Shown: positions 1 through 9,362, numbered from the stretch's first letter. The stretch: DNA of 64,000 nucleotides from Anaerolineae bacterium (GCA_039810085.1 JBDHWG010000002.1:2273-66272), one strand, 5' to 3'. Numbers and translations are program-made. Notes: a model not told the origin generated them from the sequence alone.

Positions 1-1102
1 CGATCTGCTCGTTGGGCGCGTACTTCTTCATGAAGTTCTGGTACTCGACAATCTTCGGGTTGCTCGTGTCGTCGAAGGCGGGCAGCCACGCCAGCAACAG
101 TAGCCCCTCGATGCCGGGACCGGCGAGCTGGAACAGCGCCGGGTCGTTGATGACCGAGGAGGCGAGCAGGTTCGGCTTGAAGCCAATCTTGTCCATCTCG
201 GCGATGATGCTCGCGCCCGGCTTCGGCACGGCGTAGATGACGACGGTGTCCGCGCCCGTGCTCTGGAGCTTCAACGCCTGGGAACTGAAGTTGGTGTCCG
301 ACGGCTCGTAGGACACGCCGCTCGCCTCGCCCATGTTACGCTTCTTCAGCTCGGCGTTGACGGCGTCGAGACCTTCCTTGCCGAACGCGTCGTTCTGGTA
401 GAACACCGCGATCTTCTTCGCGCTCAGCTTGTCCAGGGCGTACTGCGTTAGAAGTGTCGCCTCATTGGTGTAGTTCAGTTGCACCTGGAAGACGTTCGGC
501 TTGACCGGCTTCGACATCAGGCCGGAGCCGGTGGACGGCGCGAGGTGCGGCACCTTGTTCTGCACCAGGTAGTCCATCACGGCCATGTTCTGCGCTGTGC
601 CCAGGCCGCCGACCAGCGCGAAAACCTTGTCCTCCTCCACGAGCTTCTTGACCGCCGCCGTCGTCTTGGCGGGCTGGTAGCTGTCGTTCTCGTAGATGAA
701 GCGGATCTTGCGCCCGTTGATGCCGCCGTCGTCGTTCACCTTCTTGAAGTAGGCGGCGATGGTGCGGTCGATGACGCCATAAGCGCCGGCCGGGCCGTCC
801 TGCGGTCCCCAGCTCCCAATCACAATCTCAGTGTCCGTCACGCCCGGCGTCGAGCCGCTCGCTGCGGGCGCAGCCTTCGCCGCAGCCGGCGCAGCGGTTG
901 CCTTGGGCGCTTCCGTCGCTTTGGGCGCTTCGGTTGCTTTCGGCGCTTCGGCAGCCTTCGCCACCGTTGGCGCTTCCGCCGCCTTCTGGGCCGGCGCGGG
1001 GGCAGCCGTGGGTGGCGCCGCTGAGCCACACGCAGCCAGGGCGAGCGCCAGGGTTATCACGCCCACCACAAGCACAATCATCCGCCTAGATACGCGCATC
1101 AT
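1..1102 (-). CDS. Branched-chain amino acid ABC transporter substrate-binding lipoprotein (LivJ/LivK-like); C-terminus runs off the window
   Basis: My own minus-strand translation from the ATG at 1102 (GGAGG upstream) gives MMRVSRRMIVLVVGVITLALALAACGS (lipobox). An Ala/Pro/Lys linker with KATEAP repeats follows, then DTEIVIGSWGPQDGPAGA..GGINGRKIRFIYENDSYQP, typical of type-I Leu/Ile/Val binding proteins. It is absent from the ORF track because there is no stop in the window. It lies directly downstream of livHMGF. Confidence 0.8.
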   Translation of the reverse strand, partial: MMRVSRRMIVLVVGVITLALALAACGSAAPPTAAPAPAQKAAEAPTVAKAAEAPKATEAPKATEAPKATAAPAAAKAAPAASGSTPGVTDTEIVIGSWGPQDGPAGAYGVIDRTIAAYFKKVNDDGGINGRKIRFIYENDSYQPAKTTAAVKKLVEEDKVFALVGGLGTAQNMAVMDYLVQNKVPHLAPSTGSGLMSKPVKPNVFQVQLNYTNEATLLTQYALDKLSAKKIAVFYQNDAFGKEGLDAVNAELKKRNMGEASGVSYEPSDTNFSSQALKLQSTGADTVVIYAVPKPGASIIAEMDKIGFKPNLLASSVINDPALFQLAGPGIEGLLLLAWLPAFDDTSNPKIVEYQNFMKKYAPNEQI

Positions 1103-1150
1103 AATCCCTCCTCCTGTTACCGAAGATCGTTCATTCCGCTGCGTGCCAGG

Positions 1151-1867
1151 TTACTGCCCCAGATACAGGCGCTGCACCTCCTTTCGCTGCCGCAGGTTGG
1201 CGCTCGTATCAGCCAGCGCCACGCGGCCCGTCTCCAAGACATAGCCGTAATCGGCGACGGATAGCGCCATGTTGACGTTCTGCTCGACCAGCAGAACCGT
1301 CGCGCCCGCCGCCCGAATCTCCTGGATGATGTGGAAGATTTCGCGGATGAGCAGCGGCGCGAGACCCAGGGACGGCTCGTCGAGCAGCAGAAGCTTTGGG
1401 CGGCTCATCAGCGCCCGCCCAATAGACAGCATTTGCTGCTCGCCGCCGCTCAGCGTTCCCCCCAACTGCCTGGCGCGTTCCCGCAATCGTGGGAAACGCT
1501 CGAACACCATCTGCATGGACGCCTCGACCGCCGCTCTGTCGCGCTGAGCATACGCGCCGAGACGCAGGTTCTCGTAGACCGTCAGTTCGGGGAAAATTTG
1601 TCGGCCCTCCGGGACGTGCGCCATGCCCTCGCGCACTAGGCGCTCAGCCGGCGCTCGGTTGGTCACTTGCCCGCCGAACTCCACCGTCCCCCGGGTCGCC
1701 CGCAGCAGCCCCGAGATAGCGCGCAGCGTCGTTGTCTTCCCCGCGCCGTTTGCGCCGAGCAGCGCCACGATGCTGCCTTCCGGTACGTCCAGGCTGACGC
1801 CGCGCAGAGCGCGGATGCGCCCGTAGTACACTTCGAGGTCCTGTACGCGCAAGAGCGTCTGGGCCAT
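1151..1867 (-). CDS. livF: Branched-chain amino acid ABC transporter ATP-binding protein
   Basis: 238-aa ORF with Walker A GANGAGKTT, signature LSGGEQQ and Walker B LLLLDEPS. Position and length match LivF. Confidence 0.9.
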   Translation of the reverse strand: MAQTLLRVQDLEVYYGRIRALRGVSLDVPEGSIVALLGANGAGKTTTLRAISGLLRATRGTVEFGGQVTNRAPAERLVREGMAHVPEGRQIFPELTVYENLRLGAYAQRDRAAVEASMQMVFERFPRLRERARQLGGTLSGGEQQMLSIGRALMSRPKLLLLDEPSLGLAPLLIREIFHIIQEIRAAGATVLLVEQNVNMALSVADYGYVLETGRVALADTSANLRQRKEVQRLYLGQ

Positions 1868-1870
1868 GCC

Positions 1871-2665
1871 TTACTTCGCCTCCTCGCCCAGGTACGCCTC
1901 GATGACCGCCGGGTCGCGCTGAATCTGGGCCGGCGTTCCCTCCGCAATCTTGCGACCGAAGTCCAGCACGACGAGGCGGTCGCACAGCCCCATCACCATC
2001 GACATGTCGTGCTCCACCAGCAGCATGCTCACGCCGAAGGACTCGCGGATGTGGCGCAGCGTCTCCGTCAACTCGCCCGTCTCCCCGGTATCCGCGCCCG
2101 CCGCCGGCTCGTCCAGCAGCAGCAGCCGGGGGCGCGAGACCAGCGCCCGCGCCAGCTCGACCTTCTTCTGGATGCCGAACGGCAAGCTCGACACGGGGCG
2201 GTCGCGGTACGGCTCCAGGTCGAGGATATCCAGGACGAACTCGGCGTGCTCCGTAGCCGTCGCATCCTGGCGGCGCGCGCCCGGCAGGCCCAGGCCGTCG
2301 GCAAACAGCCCCCTCGTCATCCGGGTGTGTTGCCCAACCAACAGGTTGTCCAGCGTCGTCATGTGGCGGAAAAGCTCCACGTTCTGGAACGTGCGCGCAA
2401 TGCCGTAGCGAATGATGGCGTGCGGTGGAACGCGGGTGATGTCGTGGGGCGTGCGGCCAGTCGGGGTCGGGGTGTAAACGACGATGCGGCCGGCCGTCGG
2501 CGTGTAGAAGCGGCTGATGCAATTGAAGACCGTCGTCTTCCCCGCGCCATTCGGGCCAATCAGCCCCACAATCTCACCATCGCATACGGTGAGGTCCAGG
2601 TCCTGCACGGCGACGAGACCGCCGAAGCGCATCGTCAGCCCGCGCACTTCGAGCAATGGTTCCAC
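1871..2665 (-). CDS. livG: Branched-chain amino acid ABC transporter ATP-binding protein
   Basis: 264-aa ORF with GPNGAGKTT and LLLLDEPAAG. GTG start. Only 3-nt gaps to its neighbours. Confidence 0.9.
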   Translation of the reverse strand: MEPLLEVRGLTMRFGGLVAVQDLDLTVCDGEIVGLIGPNGAGKTTVFNCISRFYTPTAGRIVVYTPTPTGRTPHDITRVPPHAIIRYGIARTFQNVELFRHMTTLDNLLVGQHTRMTRGLFADGLGLPGARRQDATATEHAEFVLDILDLEPYRDRPVSSLPFGIQKKVELARALVSRPRLLLLDEPAAGADTGETGELTETLRHIRESFGVSMLLVEHDMSMVMGLCDRLVVLDFGRKIAEGTPAQIQRDPAVIEAYLGEEAK

Positions 2666-2669
2666 GCGC

Positions 2670-3689
2670 TTAGCCCTTCACCACCGATGGCTGCCCCGCC
2701 ATCTCCGGCGCTTTCACGCGACGCGCGCGGTAGCTCCGCCAGGCCCCGGCGATGCCACGCGGCATGAAGATAACCGTCAGAATGAGGATGACTCCGAACA
2801 CGAGGACGTACAGGTTCTTGTATTCCTCGACCAGGGGCAGACGCGTCAAGACGTTGGGCAGCGCCGTCAGCACCGCCGCGCCGAGGAGCGAGCCTTCTAT
2901 AGCGCCCAGACCGCCCACGACGACCATTGTCAGGAACTCGATGGACAGGAACAGGGTGAAATCCTCTGGGCCAATCCCCTTGAGCAGATAAGCGTACAGG
3001 CAGCCCGCGACGCCTGCGTAGGCGGCGCTCACGGCGAACGCCAGCGTCTTGTAGCGGATCAGGCTGACACCCATTGCCTGGGCTGCCAGCTCGCTGTCGC
3101 GAATAGCGATGAACGCTCGCCCCGTCCGGCTCTTGACGAGCCGCGCCGCAAACAGCGTCAGCAGCGCCACCGCGACCAGCGCGACGTAGTAGAACTGGCT
3201 ATCCGTGGCGAATGGCACGCCCAACACATCAGCGGGCGGAATGCTGTGCAAGCCGGACGAGCCGCCCGTCCACGTATCCTGCCAGATGATGAGCTGTGGG
3301 ACGGCCAGGCCGAAGCCGAGGGTGACCACAGCGAGATACGGCCCCGTCAGGCGCAGGGCGGGCAGGCCCAGTAAGTATCCTACAGCGGCTGAGACAATGG
3401 CGGCGGCGGGCAGGGTCAGCGCGAACGGCCAGCCCCATGCTGTCGCCAGAATGGCCGCCACATAGGCGCCAATCGCCATGAAGCCCGCTTGCCCGAGCGA
3501 GAACTGCCCGGCGTAGCCAATGAGAAGGTTGAGGCCGAGCGCCACAATGGCGTAGATGAACGCTAGGGCCACCAGGTAGAGAACGTAGCCACTCGCCAGG
3601 CCGGGGATAAGCGCCAGCAGCGCCGGCAGCGCCAGCGCGACGGCCACGAGAAGGAGCCACGGCCAGGCGGCCGCGAGCGAGCGCCCCAT
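2670..3689 (-). CDS. livM: Branched-chain amino acid ABC transporter permease
   Basis: The track ORF 2670..3911 is trimmed to the internal ATG at 3689 (MGRSLAAAWPWLLLVAV..), 4 nt after the livH stop. The product is polytopic and hydrophobic. The upstream extension is Ser/Arg/Pro junk that overlaps livH. Confidence 0.85.
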   Translation of the reverse strand: MGRSLAAAWPWLLLVAVALALPALLALIPGLASGYVLYLVALAFIYAIVALGLNLLIGYAGQFSLGQAGFMAIGAYVAAILATAWGWPFALTLPAAAIVSAAVGYLLGLPALRLTGPYLAVVTLGFGLAVPQLIIWQDTWTGGSSGLHSIPPADVLGVPFATDSQFYYVALVAVALLTLFAARLVKSRTGRAFIAIRDSELAAQAMGVSLIRYKTLAFAVSAAYAGVAGCLYAYLLKGIGPEDFTLFLSIEFLTMVVVGGLGAIEGSLLGAAVLTALPNVLTRLPLVEEYKNLYVLVFGVILILTVIFMPRGIAGAWRSYRARRVKAPEMAGQPSVVKG

Positions 3690-3693
3690 GCGC

Positions 3694-4581
3694 CTACACT
3701 TTCTTGACCGTGCGCCCGCCCAGCAGGCCGCGCGGCCGAATGACCAGCACAAGAACGATGATGGCAAAGGCGATGGTGGTGCGCAGCTGGGGCGCGAAGA
3801 AGCCCGCGACGCTCGAGATGATGCCGAGTAATAGGCCACCGACGACGGAGCCGGGCAGGCTGGTGACGCCGCCCAGCACCGCCGCCGCGAAGGCGTAGAG
3901 GATAACGTCACCCATCATGTTGGGGTCCAGGTAATTCAGGGGTGCGATGAAGATGCCCGTGACCGCCGCCAGCGCCGTTCCGACAGCCCAGCCCAGCGCC
4001 TTGATACGCCCGACGGAGATGCCCATCAGCCGCGCCGCCACCTGGTTTTGGGCCACGGCGCGCATGGCGACGCCAACCAGGGTGTAACGGAAGAACAGGT
4101 ACAGGCCGATCATCAGCACCGCCATGACCACCAAGATGAGGGCGTTGATGCGGCTCAGCACCAAGCCTGCCAGGCGCAGCGCCGGGCCGCTGATGGGCGC
4201 CGGGAACGGGCGCGTCTCGTAGCCCCACAACGTTCCGGCCAGGCCGACGAGGAGGACGCCGATGCCGACGGTCAGAATGACCGGGTTGAGCGGCGACGTG
4301 TTCTCGACAGGGCGTACAATGAATCGCTCGACGAGCGCGCCCAGGATGCCGGCAAAGACGAGGGTGAGGATGAAGGCGAGAATGAACGGGAGCTGGAACG
4401 CTGTAATGAGGAAGAAGGCGACGAAGGCGCTGACCATGCCCAGCTCACCCTGGGCAAAGTTGATGATGTCGGTGATCTTGTAGATGAGCACCAGCCCGAA
4501 CGCCGCCAGGGCGTACAGGCTGCCCAGCGCCAGGCCATTGACGATCAACTGCCCCCACGGCAGGGTAGCGAGCGCCTCCAT
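3694..4581 (-). CDS. livH: Branched-chain amino acid ABC transporter permease
   Basis: 295-aa polytopic membrane ORF, the first gene of the liv operon. Confidence 0.9.
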   Translation of the reverse strand: MEALATLPWGQLIVNGLALGSLYALAAFGLVLIYKITDIINFAQGELGMVSAFVAFFLITAFQLPFILAFILTLVFAGILGALVERFIVRPVENTSPLNPVILTVGIGVLLVGLAGTLWGYETRPFPAPISGPALRLAGLVLSRINALILVVMAVLMIGLYLFFRYTLVGVAMRAVAQNQVAARLMGISVGRIKALGWAVGTALAAVTGIFIAPLNYLDPNMMGDVILYAFAAAVLGGVTSLPGSVVGGLLLGIISSVAGFFAPQLRTTIAFAIIVLVLVIRPRGLLGGRTVKKV

Positions 4582-4659
4582 ACGGTCATCCTCACACTGA
4601 GTCTATCTGATATACCGTCCGCTTCCCCTCTACGTTTTTGCTAAGACACGCTCTGCGAT

Positions 4660-4780
4660 GTCACTGCGAGGAGGGCAATAGGACGACGAAGCAGTCTCGC
4701 GCCAGGTGAACGACACGCTACAACCGTCTAGAGCATATATCGCAAGGGCGGGGGATTGCTTCGCGTTCGCTCGCAATGAC
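4660..4780. repeat. MITE/REP-like imperfect palindrome, family B (GTCACTGCGAGGAGG ... GATTGCTTCGC..GCTCGCAATGAC)
   Basis: A near-identical copy lies at 37500..37620 and a shorter variant at 16021..16084. The termini are inverted repeats. The element is intergenic. Confidence 0.8.
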
Positions 4781-4822
4781 ATCTTGACGGCGTTTTCTAG
4801 GTGAATAACCTCGCCTTTACGC

Positions 4823-6472
4823 TCAGTGGATGCGCTTCTCTTGCCCGCTCCACTCCTGCTCGCGCAGGCGGAACTTCTGGACCTTGCCCGTCGAGGTTTT
4901 GGGCAACTCGCCAAACGTGACCGACTTCGGCGTCTTGAACCCGGCCAGGCGTTCGCGGCAGAAGGCGATCAACTCCGCCTCGGTCAGCTCGTGGTCCGGC
5001 TTGAGCGTCACGAATGCCTTCGGCACTTCGCCCCACACCGGATGCGGCACGGCAATGACCGCCACCTCCATCACCGACGGATGCTGAGCGATGGCCTGCT
5101 CGACCTCGATGGTCGAGATGTTCTCGCCGCCACTGATGATGATGTCCTTCTTGCGGTCGCGCAGTTCGATGTAGCCGTCGGGGTGCATCACCGCCAGGTC
5201 GCCGCTGTGGAACCACCCGCCTGCAAACGCCCGCGCGGTCGCCCCTGGATCGGCGTAGTAGCCCTTCATGACGTTGTTGCCACGCATGATGACCTCGCCC
5301 ATCGTCGCCGCATCCGCCGGCACGTCGTGCATCTCGTCGTCCACCACGCGCATCTCGGCGGCGTGAATGTACGGCACGCCCTGGCGCGCCTTGAGACGCG
5401 CCTGCTCGGCCAGCGGCAGATCGTCCCACTGGCGCTGCCACTCGCAGATGCTATGCGGCCCATAGGTCTCGGTAAGGCCGTAGACGTGGGTAATCTGCGC
5501 CCCCAGCCCCTCCACCGCCTGGATAATCGTCGGCGACGGCGGAGCGCCCGCCGTGACGACGCGCAGCGGCCCCGTCAGCGCCAGGTCTTTGATGGCCGGG
5601 CTATTCACGAGCATGATGAGCACGGTCGGCGCGCCGCAGAAGTGAGTCACGCCCTCGTCCTGGATCAGCCGCACCACGACGGTCGGGTCGATCTTGCGCA
5701 GGCAGACATTCGTACCGCCGACGCCAATCACGCCCCAGGTGAAGCACCAGCCATTGCAGTGGAACATGGGCAGCGTCCACAGGTAGACCGTGTCGCTGTT
5801 CATCCCGACTTCCAACCCCTCGCCGATGGCGTTGAGGTACGCGCCGTGGTGGCTGTACATCACGCCTTTCGGTCGGCCCGTCGTGCCGCTAGTGTAGTTG
5901 ATGGTAATAGTGTCCTTCTCCGAGTCGAGCCACCACTCCACCCTGTCCGGGCTGCCAGTCGCCAGGAACGCCTCGTAGTCCTGGCCCGGCAGGCGGATGC
6001 CCGGCGCCCCTGCCTGGGCATCGACGATGGAGATGACAGCCTCTAGCGTAGGGATGCTGGTATAGGTCGCGGCGACGGCGGGCGCAAGCTCGGTATCCAC
6101 AAATAGGAACTTCGCGCCGGAGTGCTCCAGGATATACTCAATCTCGTCGGCGGTCAGCCGCGTGTTGATGGCGACCAGGACGCCACCGGCGAGCGGCACG
6201 CCGAAGTGGGCTTCGAGCATCGGCGGAATATTTGGGCAGAGGAAAGCGACGCGGTCGCCCTTCTGCAGGCCCGCCGCGCGCAGGGCGCTGGCGAGGCGGC
6301 GCACGCGCGCCCCGAACTCGGGATATGTGAAACGCTGGTCGCCGTAGACGACGGCGGCCTTCTCGCGGAAGACATACTCACTGCGCTCGAGCAGGCTGAG
6401 CGGGGTCAGCGGGGCCAGCCAGACTTCCTCGAACGTGCTCTCCGTTGTGGGCATCCCAACGGTTGTCGCCAT
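4823..6472 (-). CDS. AMP-dependent acyl-CoA synthetase/ligase
   Basis: AMP-binding motif YTSGTTGRPKGV and a C-terminal ..GKVQKFRLRE. Start set at ATG 6472, preceded by GGAGG (track ORF extends to 6511). Confidence 0.85.
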   Translation of the reverse strand: MATTVGMPTTESTFEEVWLAPLTPLSLLERSEYVFREKAAVVYGDQRFTYPEFGARVRRLASALRAAGLQKGDRVAFLCPNIPPMLEAHFGVPLAGGVLVAINTRLTADEIEYILEHSGAKFLFVDTELAPAVAATYTSIPTLEAVISIVDAQAGAPGIRLPGQDYEAFLATGSPDRVEWWLDSEKDTITINYTSGTTGRPKGVMYSHHGAYLNAIGEGLEVGMNSDTVYLWTLPMFHCNGWCFTWGVIGVGGTNVCLRKIDPTVVVRLIQDEGVTHFCGAPTVLIMLVNSPAIKDLALTGPLRVVTAGAPPSPTIIQAVEGLGAQITHVYGLTETYGPHSICEWQRQWDDLPLAEQARLKARQGVPYIHAAEMRVVDDEMHDVPADAATMGEVIMRGNNVMKGYYADPGATARAFAGGWFHSGDLAVMHPDGYIELRDRKKDIIISGGENISTIEVEQAIAQHPSVMEVAVIAVPHPVWGEVPKAFVTLKPDHELTEAELIAFCRERLAGFKTPKSVTFGELPKTSTGKVQKFRLREQEWSGQEKRIH

Positions 6473-6596
6473 GCGTCCTGTACCTCCTGGAAATAACGGC
6501 AAACCCTTCATCGACGCGGCTGTGTTGCAATCGTGGCGCGATTATAGCACGACCGCGCCCGTTGTCAACTGACGCAGAGGGAAGTGGTGTTACGTT

Positions 6597-6751
6597 AATG
6601 AAGGAGGCAGCTGGGCCGAGGTGACGAAGTGACGAGGTGACGAGGTGACGGGTGACGAAGTGATGGGGTGACAGCACCGCTGTCATGCCGACGAAGGAGG
6701 CATCTGGGCCGAGGGCCTCCAGAGAGACGCCTCCTTCGTCGGGGTGACAGC
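6597..6751. repeat. Family A palindromic repeat (6679..6751) preceded by a degenerate GTGACGA(A/G) 7-8 nt tandem tract (about 6620..6675)
   Basis: TGTCATGCCGACGAAGGAGGCATCTGGGC ... GACGCCTCCTTCGTCGGGGTGACAGC forms a long hairpin. A second copy lies at 50401..50469, and a partial left arm (GAAGGAGGCAGCTGGGCCGAGG) at 6601. Confidence 0.75.
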
Positions 6752-6795
6752 GAATGTTTGTGACGACAAGCGAAAGTTCGTTGACTAAAAAACCA

Positions 6796-7638
6796 CTACA
6801 GCGTCGCCAGCACGTAGTAGGCGATGTCGCGCCAGCGCGTATTCTCGGCTTCTCCCTCGCGCCGTAGCCCACGGCCCAGGTAGGCCCCGTCGCTGACCTG
6901 CACTAACTCCTCAAGATCGAGGCAGCGTTCGTCGGCCGGCACATCCGAGTGGTCCAGGCAGAGAACGCGTCGCCCGGAGCGCGGACTATTTCCCCACGAG
7001 ACACGCACCGGATAGATACGCACCACGTCGGCGGGAGCTCGCTCGCGCCCTTCCCCACCGGACTGACGAGCGGGATCGGCGGGCGCGCTATGGGCGAAGA
7101 TGTGCTCGGCGCGTAGCGCGCCTGGATCGACCAGCACGCCCCACCACGTGGCCCTCATCTTGTGCAGCAAACTATCGGGGGGAAGCTCGGGAGCGACAGC
7201 CAGGACATAGCCGCGCAGCAAACCGTAGGGGGCCGGCTCGGGCGCGGGTAGACTTTCCAACAAGCTTTCCAGATGGACCAGCCGGTGGCTCGCGCCCGGT
7301 TCTGTCCCCACGCCGATGACGAGCAGCGTCTCGACAATGGAGGCGCGGGCGATGACCGACTCGCGCGCCAGCAGCGTCGTATCCACCTCGACGCGCGTCC
7401 CCGCCAGGGCGCGAACAGCGGCTAACTGCCGCGCCACCTCGCGCCACTCCGCCAGCCCTTCCCAGGCCGAGGCATACGTCGCGTGCCGGACGCGCTGGAA
7501 GCGAGCCTGGGCCAGCCAGTATGCGCTGACTGTGCCGGGCGCTTCCGCGTGGGCATGCTCCAGCGCGGCCACCGCTTCATCCCAGCGCCCATCATCTAGC
7601 AGGCTCAGGCCCGCTTCCAATCTGTCGCTACCCCTCAT
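6796..7638 (-). CDS. Hypothetical cytoplasmic protein, last gene of the DUF4331 operon
   Basis: Track ORF 6796..8100 trimmed to ATG 7638 (MRGSDRLEAGLSLLDDGRWDEAV..), 23 nt after the stop of the upstream transporter. I recognise no family. Confidence 0.55.
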   Translation of the reverse strand: MRGSDRLEAGLSLLDDGRWDEAVAALEHAHAEAPGTVSAYWLAQARFQRVRHATYASAWEGLAEWREVARQLAAVRALAGTRVEVDTTLLARESVIARASIVETLLVIGVGTEPGASHRLVHLESLLESLPAPEPAPYGLLRGYVLAVAPELPPDSLLHKMRATWWGVLVDPGALRAEHIFAHSAPADPARQSGGEGRERAPADVVRIYPVRVSWGNSPRSGRRVLCLDHSDVPADERCLDLEELVQVSDGAYLGRGLRREGEAENTRWRDIAYYVLATL

Positions 7639-7661
7639 GCCATCCTCGCTCGACGTCGGTG

Positions 7662-9362
7662 TTAGAGATTCAGCATCGCCAGGACGGTCGGCCCGTGCCA
7701 CACACCCACCTGTGAAAGCGCCTGGAGTGTAATCGCCAAGCCGACGAGGGTAATGATCGCCGCACTGATGGCGGGCATGACACGCAGGAGCGGCCCTCCG
7801 AAGCGACGCTGCTCCACAAACCGACCTGCATAGACGAGCGCCAGGCCGATGGCGACGAGAACACTCGCCAGACCGAAGCTGAAAGCCACAATCAGCAGCA
7901 GGCCGAAGCCGACGCGGTGCAGCGAGATGGCGCTCAAGAGGACGACGAGGGCCGACGGGCACGGCAGCAGACCGCCCGACACACCAAGGGCCAGCAGGCT
8001 GCGCCACGTCACCGGGCGACCGTCGTCGCCGGGGACATGGCTGTGCGTGTGCCCATCCGGACCGTGGCTGTGGGTCATCCACCCCGTCATCCGCCCCCAC
8101 ATCGAGCTTACATGGTGGCGCTCGTGGGTGTGGTCATGCACGTGGTCGTGGTCGTGATGGTGGTCATGGGAGTGGTCGTGCCCGTGCGGGTGCTCGTGGT
8201 CATGGTGGTGGTCATGCATGTCGCTGTGATGATGGTGGTCATGATCATGCAGATGCGGATGGTCATGCTCGTGGTCGTGCTGATGATGGACGTGGCCGTA
8301 ATCCTGGGCGGGTCTCATTGCGCTGCGCAGCCGAGTCACGACGAGGCTCGCGCCAATGGCGACCACCAGCAGTCCCGAAGCCACACTCAGCCAGGGATAG
8401 AGCTGCTCCGGCAGGATGTACTGCTGCGCGTAGAGAGTTACGAGGCCGAGGGCAAACACGCCCGCCGTGTGCGTCACCGTCACCGTCAGGCCCAGGAAGA
8501 TGGCGTGCCGCCACGTCCCACGCGAGCCGACCAGGTAGGCTCCCACCATCGTCTTGCCGTGGCCCGGCGACAGCGCATGCACCGCGCCCAGGCCAAACGC
8601 CGCCAGCAACGACAGGAGAATGACGGCCACGCTCAGCTCGCGCTGGCTCACCAGGTCGGCGAAGGCGTCGTTGGCGCGGGGTATCCCGGCGGTGGCCGAT
8701 GCCGCTGTCGCCGCGCCACTCCCGGCGCCGGTGACGGTATACGCAACCGTCGCCTCGCGCATGTTGAGTGGGCTGGTGAGCATGTCTTGCGGGTAGGCGA
8801 GCAACTCGTTGCTCATGTCCTCGGTGTGCCCTGTCGTCTGATCGATGCGCACGTCGCCATTAGAAGCAACCACAATCTCGCTCCAGCCGAGGCGGTCGGG
8901 ATAGTTGCCGTCGCGGTAGGCCAGCGGCCCGGGGCGGCTGACGGGCGCTTCGAACCACACGCTCAGGCGCAACGTCTTCAGGTCACCTTGCCCAACCGGA
9001 AAGGTCAGCTCATGCGACGCGGGTTGGAGGGCGAGAGGAACGCCATCGATGGACAGGGAGAGATGGCTGCGCAGTTCCTCGATCTTGCGCGCGGCATACG
9101 CCTCCCGCTCGACGTCACTCAACTGGCCGTCGCCGCTTCCATCGACCTTTGGCAGTTCCTGGAACGTCGGAATCTCGGCCATGTCGAGGATGTACTTCAC
9201 GCGCACGCGGTCGGGCGCTAGCTCCAGGCGGCTGTAGCGGTTGGTGGTGAAGTTGCCCAGCGGGTGCGCCGCCGCGATGAGGGGCTGCGCCATCGCCGCG
9301 AACAGCGACACGAGCACGGCGGCCGCGATGAAAAGCGACAGTCGGCGGCGCAAGACTGGCAT
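7662..9362 (-). CDS. NicO/RcnA-like nickel/cobalt transporter with an N-terminal extracytoplasmic domain and a long His/Asp-rich loop
   Basis: Contains HALSPGHGKT and LLPCPSALVVLLSA, motifs typical of the NicO/RcnA family. A loop of about 60 aa reads HVHHQHDHEHDHPHLHDHDHHHHSDMHDHHHDHEHPHGHDHSHDHHHDHDHVHDH. Start chosen at MPVLRRRLSLFIAAAVL (signal-like). The alternative start at 9524 overlaps the upstream stop as ATGA. Confidence 0.7.
   Translation of the reverse strand: MPVLRRRLSLFIAAAVLVSLFAAMAQPLIAAAHPLGNFTTNRYSRLELAPDRVRVKYILDMAEIPTFQELPKVDGSGDGQLSDVEREAYAARKIEELRSHLSLSIDGVPLALQPASHELTFPVGQGDLKTLRLSVWFEAPVSRPGPLAYRDGNYPDRLGWSEIVVASNGDVRIDQTTGHTEDMSNELLAYPQDMLTSPLNMREATVAYTVTGAGSGAATAASATAGIPRANDAFADLVSQRELSVAVILLSLLAAFGLGAVHALSPGHGKTMVGAYLVGSRGTWRHAIFLGLTVTVTHTAGVFALGLVTLYAQQYILPEQLYPWLSVASGLLVVAIGASLVVTRLRSAMRPAQDYGHVHHQHDHEHDHPHLHDHDHHHHSDMHDHHHDHEHPHGHDHSHDHHHDHDHVHDHTHERHHVSSMWGRMTGWMTHSHGPDGHTHSHVPGDDGRPVTWRSLLALGVSGGLLPCPSALVVLLSAISLHRVGFGLLLIVAFSFGLASVLVAIGLALVYAGRFVEQRRFGGPLLRVMPAISAAIITLVGLAITLQALSQVGVWHGPTVLAMLNL

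Noticed and set aside
1644-2767. Long overlapping ORFs (1644..2522 minus strand, 1667..2767 plus strand and others) across livF/livG
   Set aside because: These are antisense or off-frame shadow ORFs typical of GC-rich DNA. Their translations are Arg/Pro/Ala/Gly-rich with no motifs. The livF and livG frames carry clear ABC signatures.
4826-6046. 406-aa plus-strand ORF opposite the acyl-CoA synthetase
   Set aside because: Antisense shadow ORF with low-complexity Arg/Asp/Leu composition and no RBS or motifs.
6620-6675. Short tandem GTGACGA units considered as a possible CRISPR-like array
   Set aside because: The units are 7-8 nt with no spacers, there are no cas genes, and they are clearly part of a palindromic repeat terminus.
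7639-8100. N-terminal extension of ORF 6796..8100 (434 aa)
   Set aside because: The extension overlaps the 3' end of the transporter gene and is Arg/Pro/Ala-rich. An internal ATG at 7638, just after the transporter stop, gives a sensible 280-aa product.
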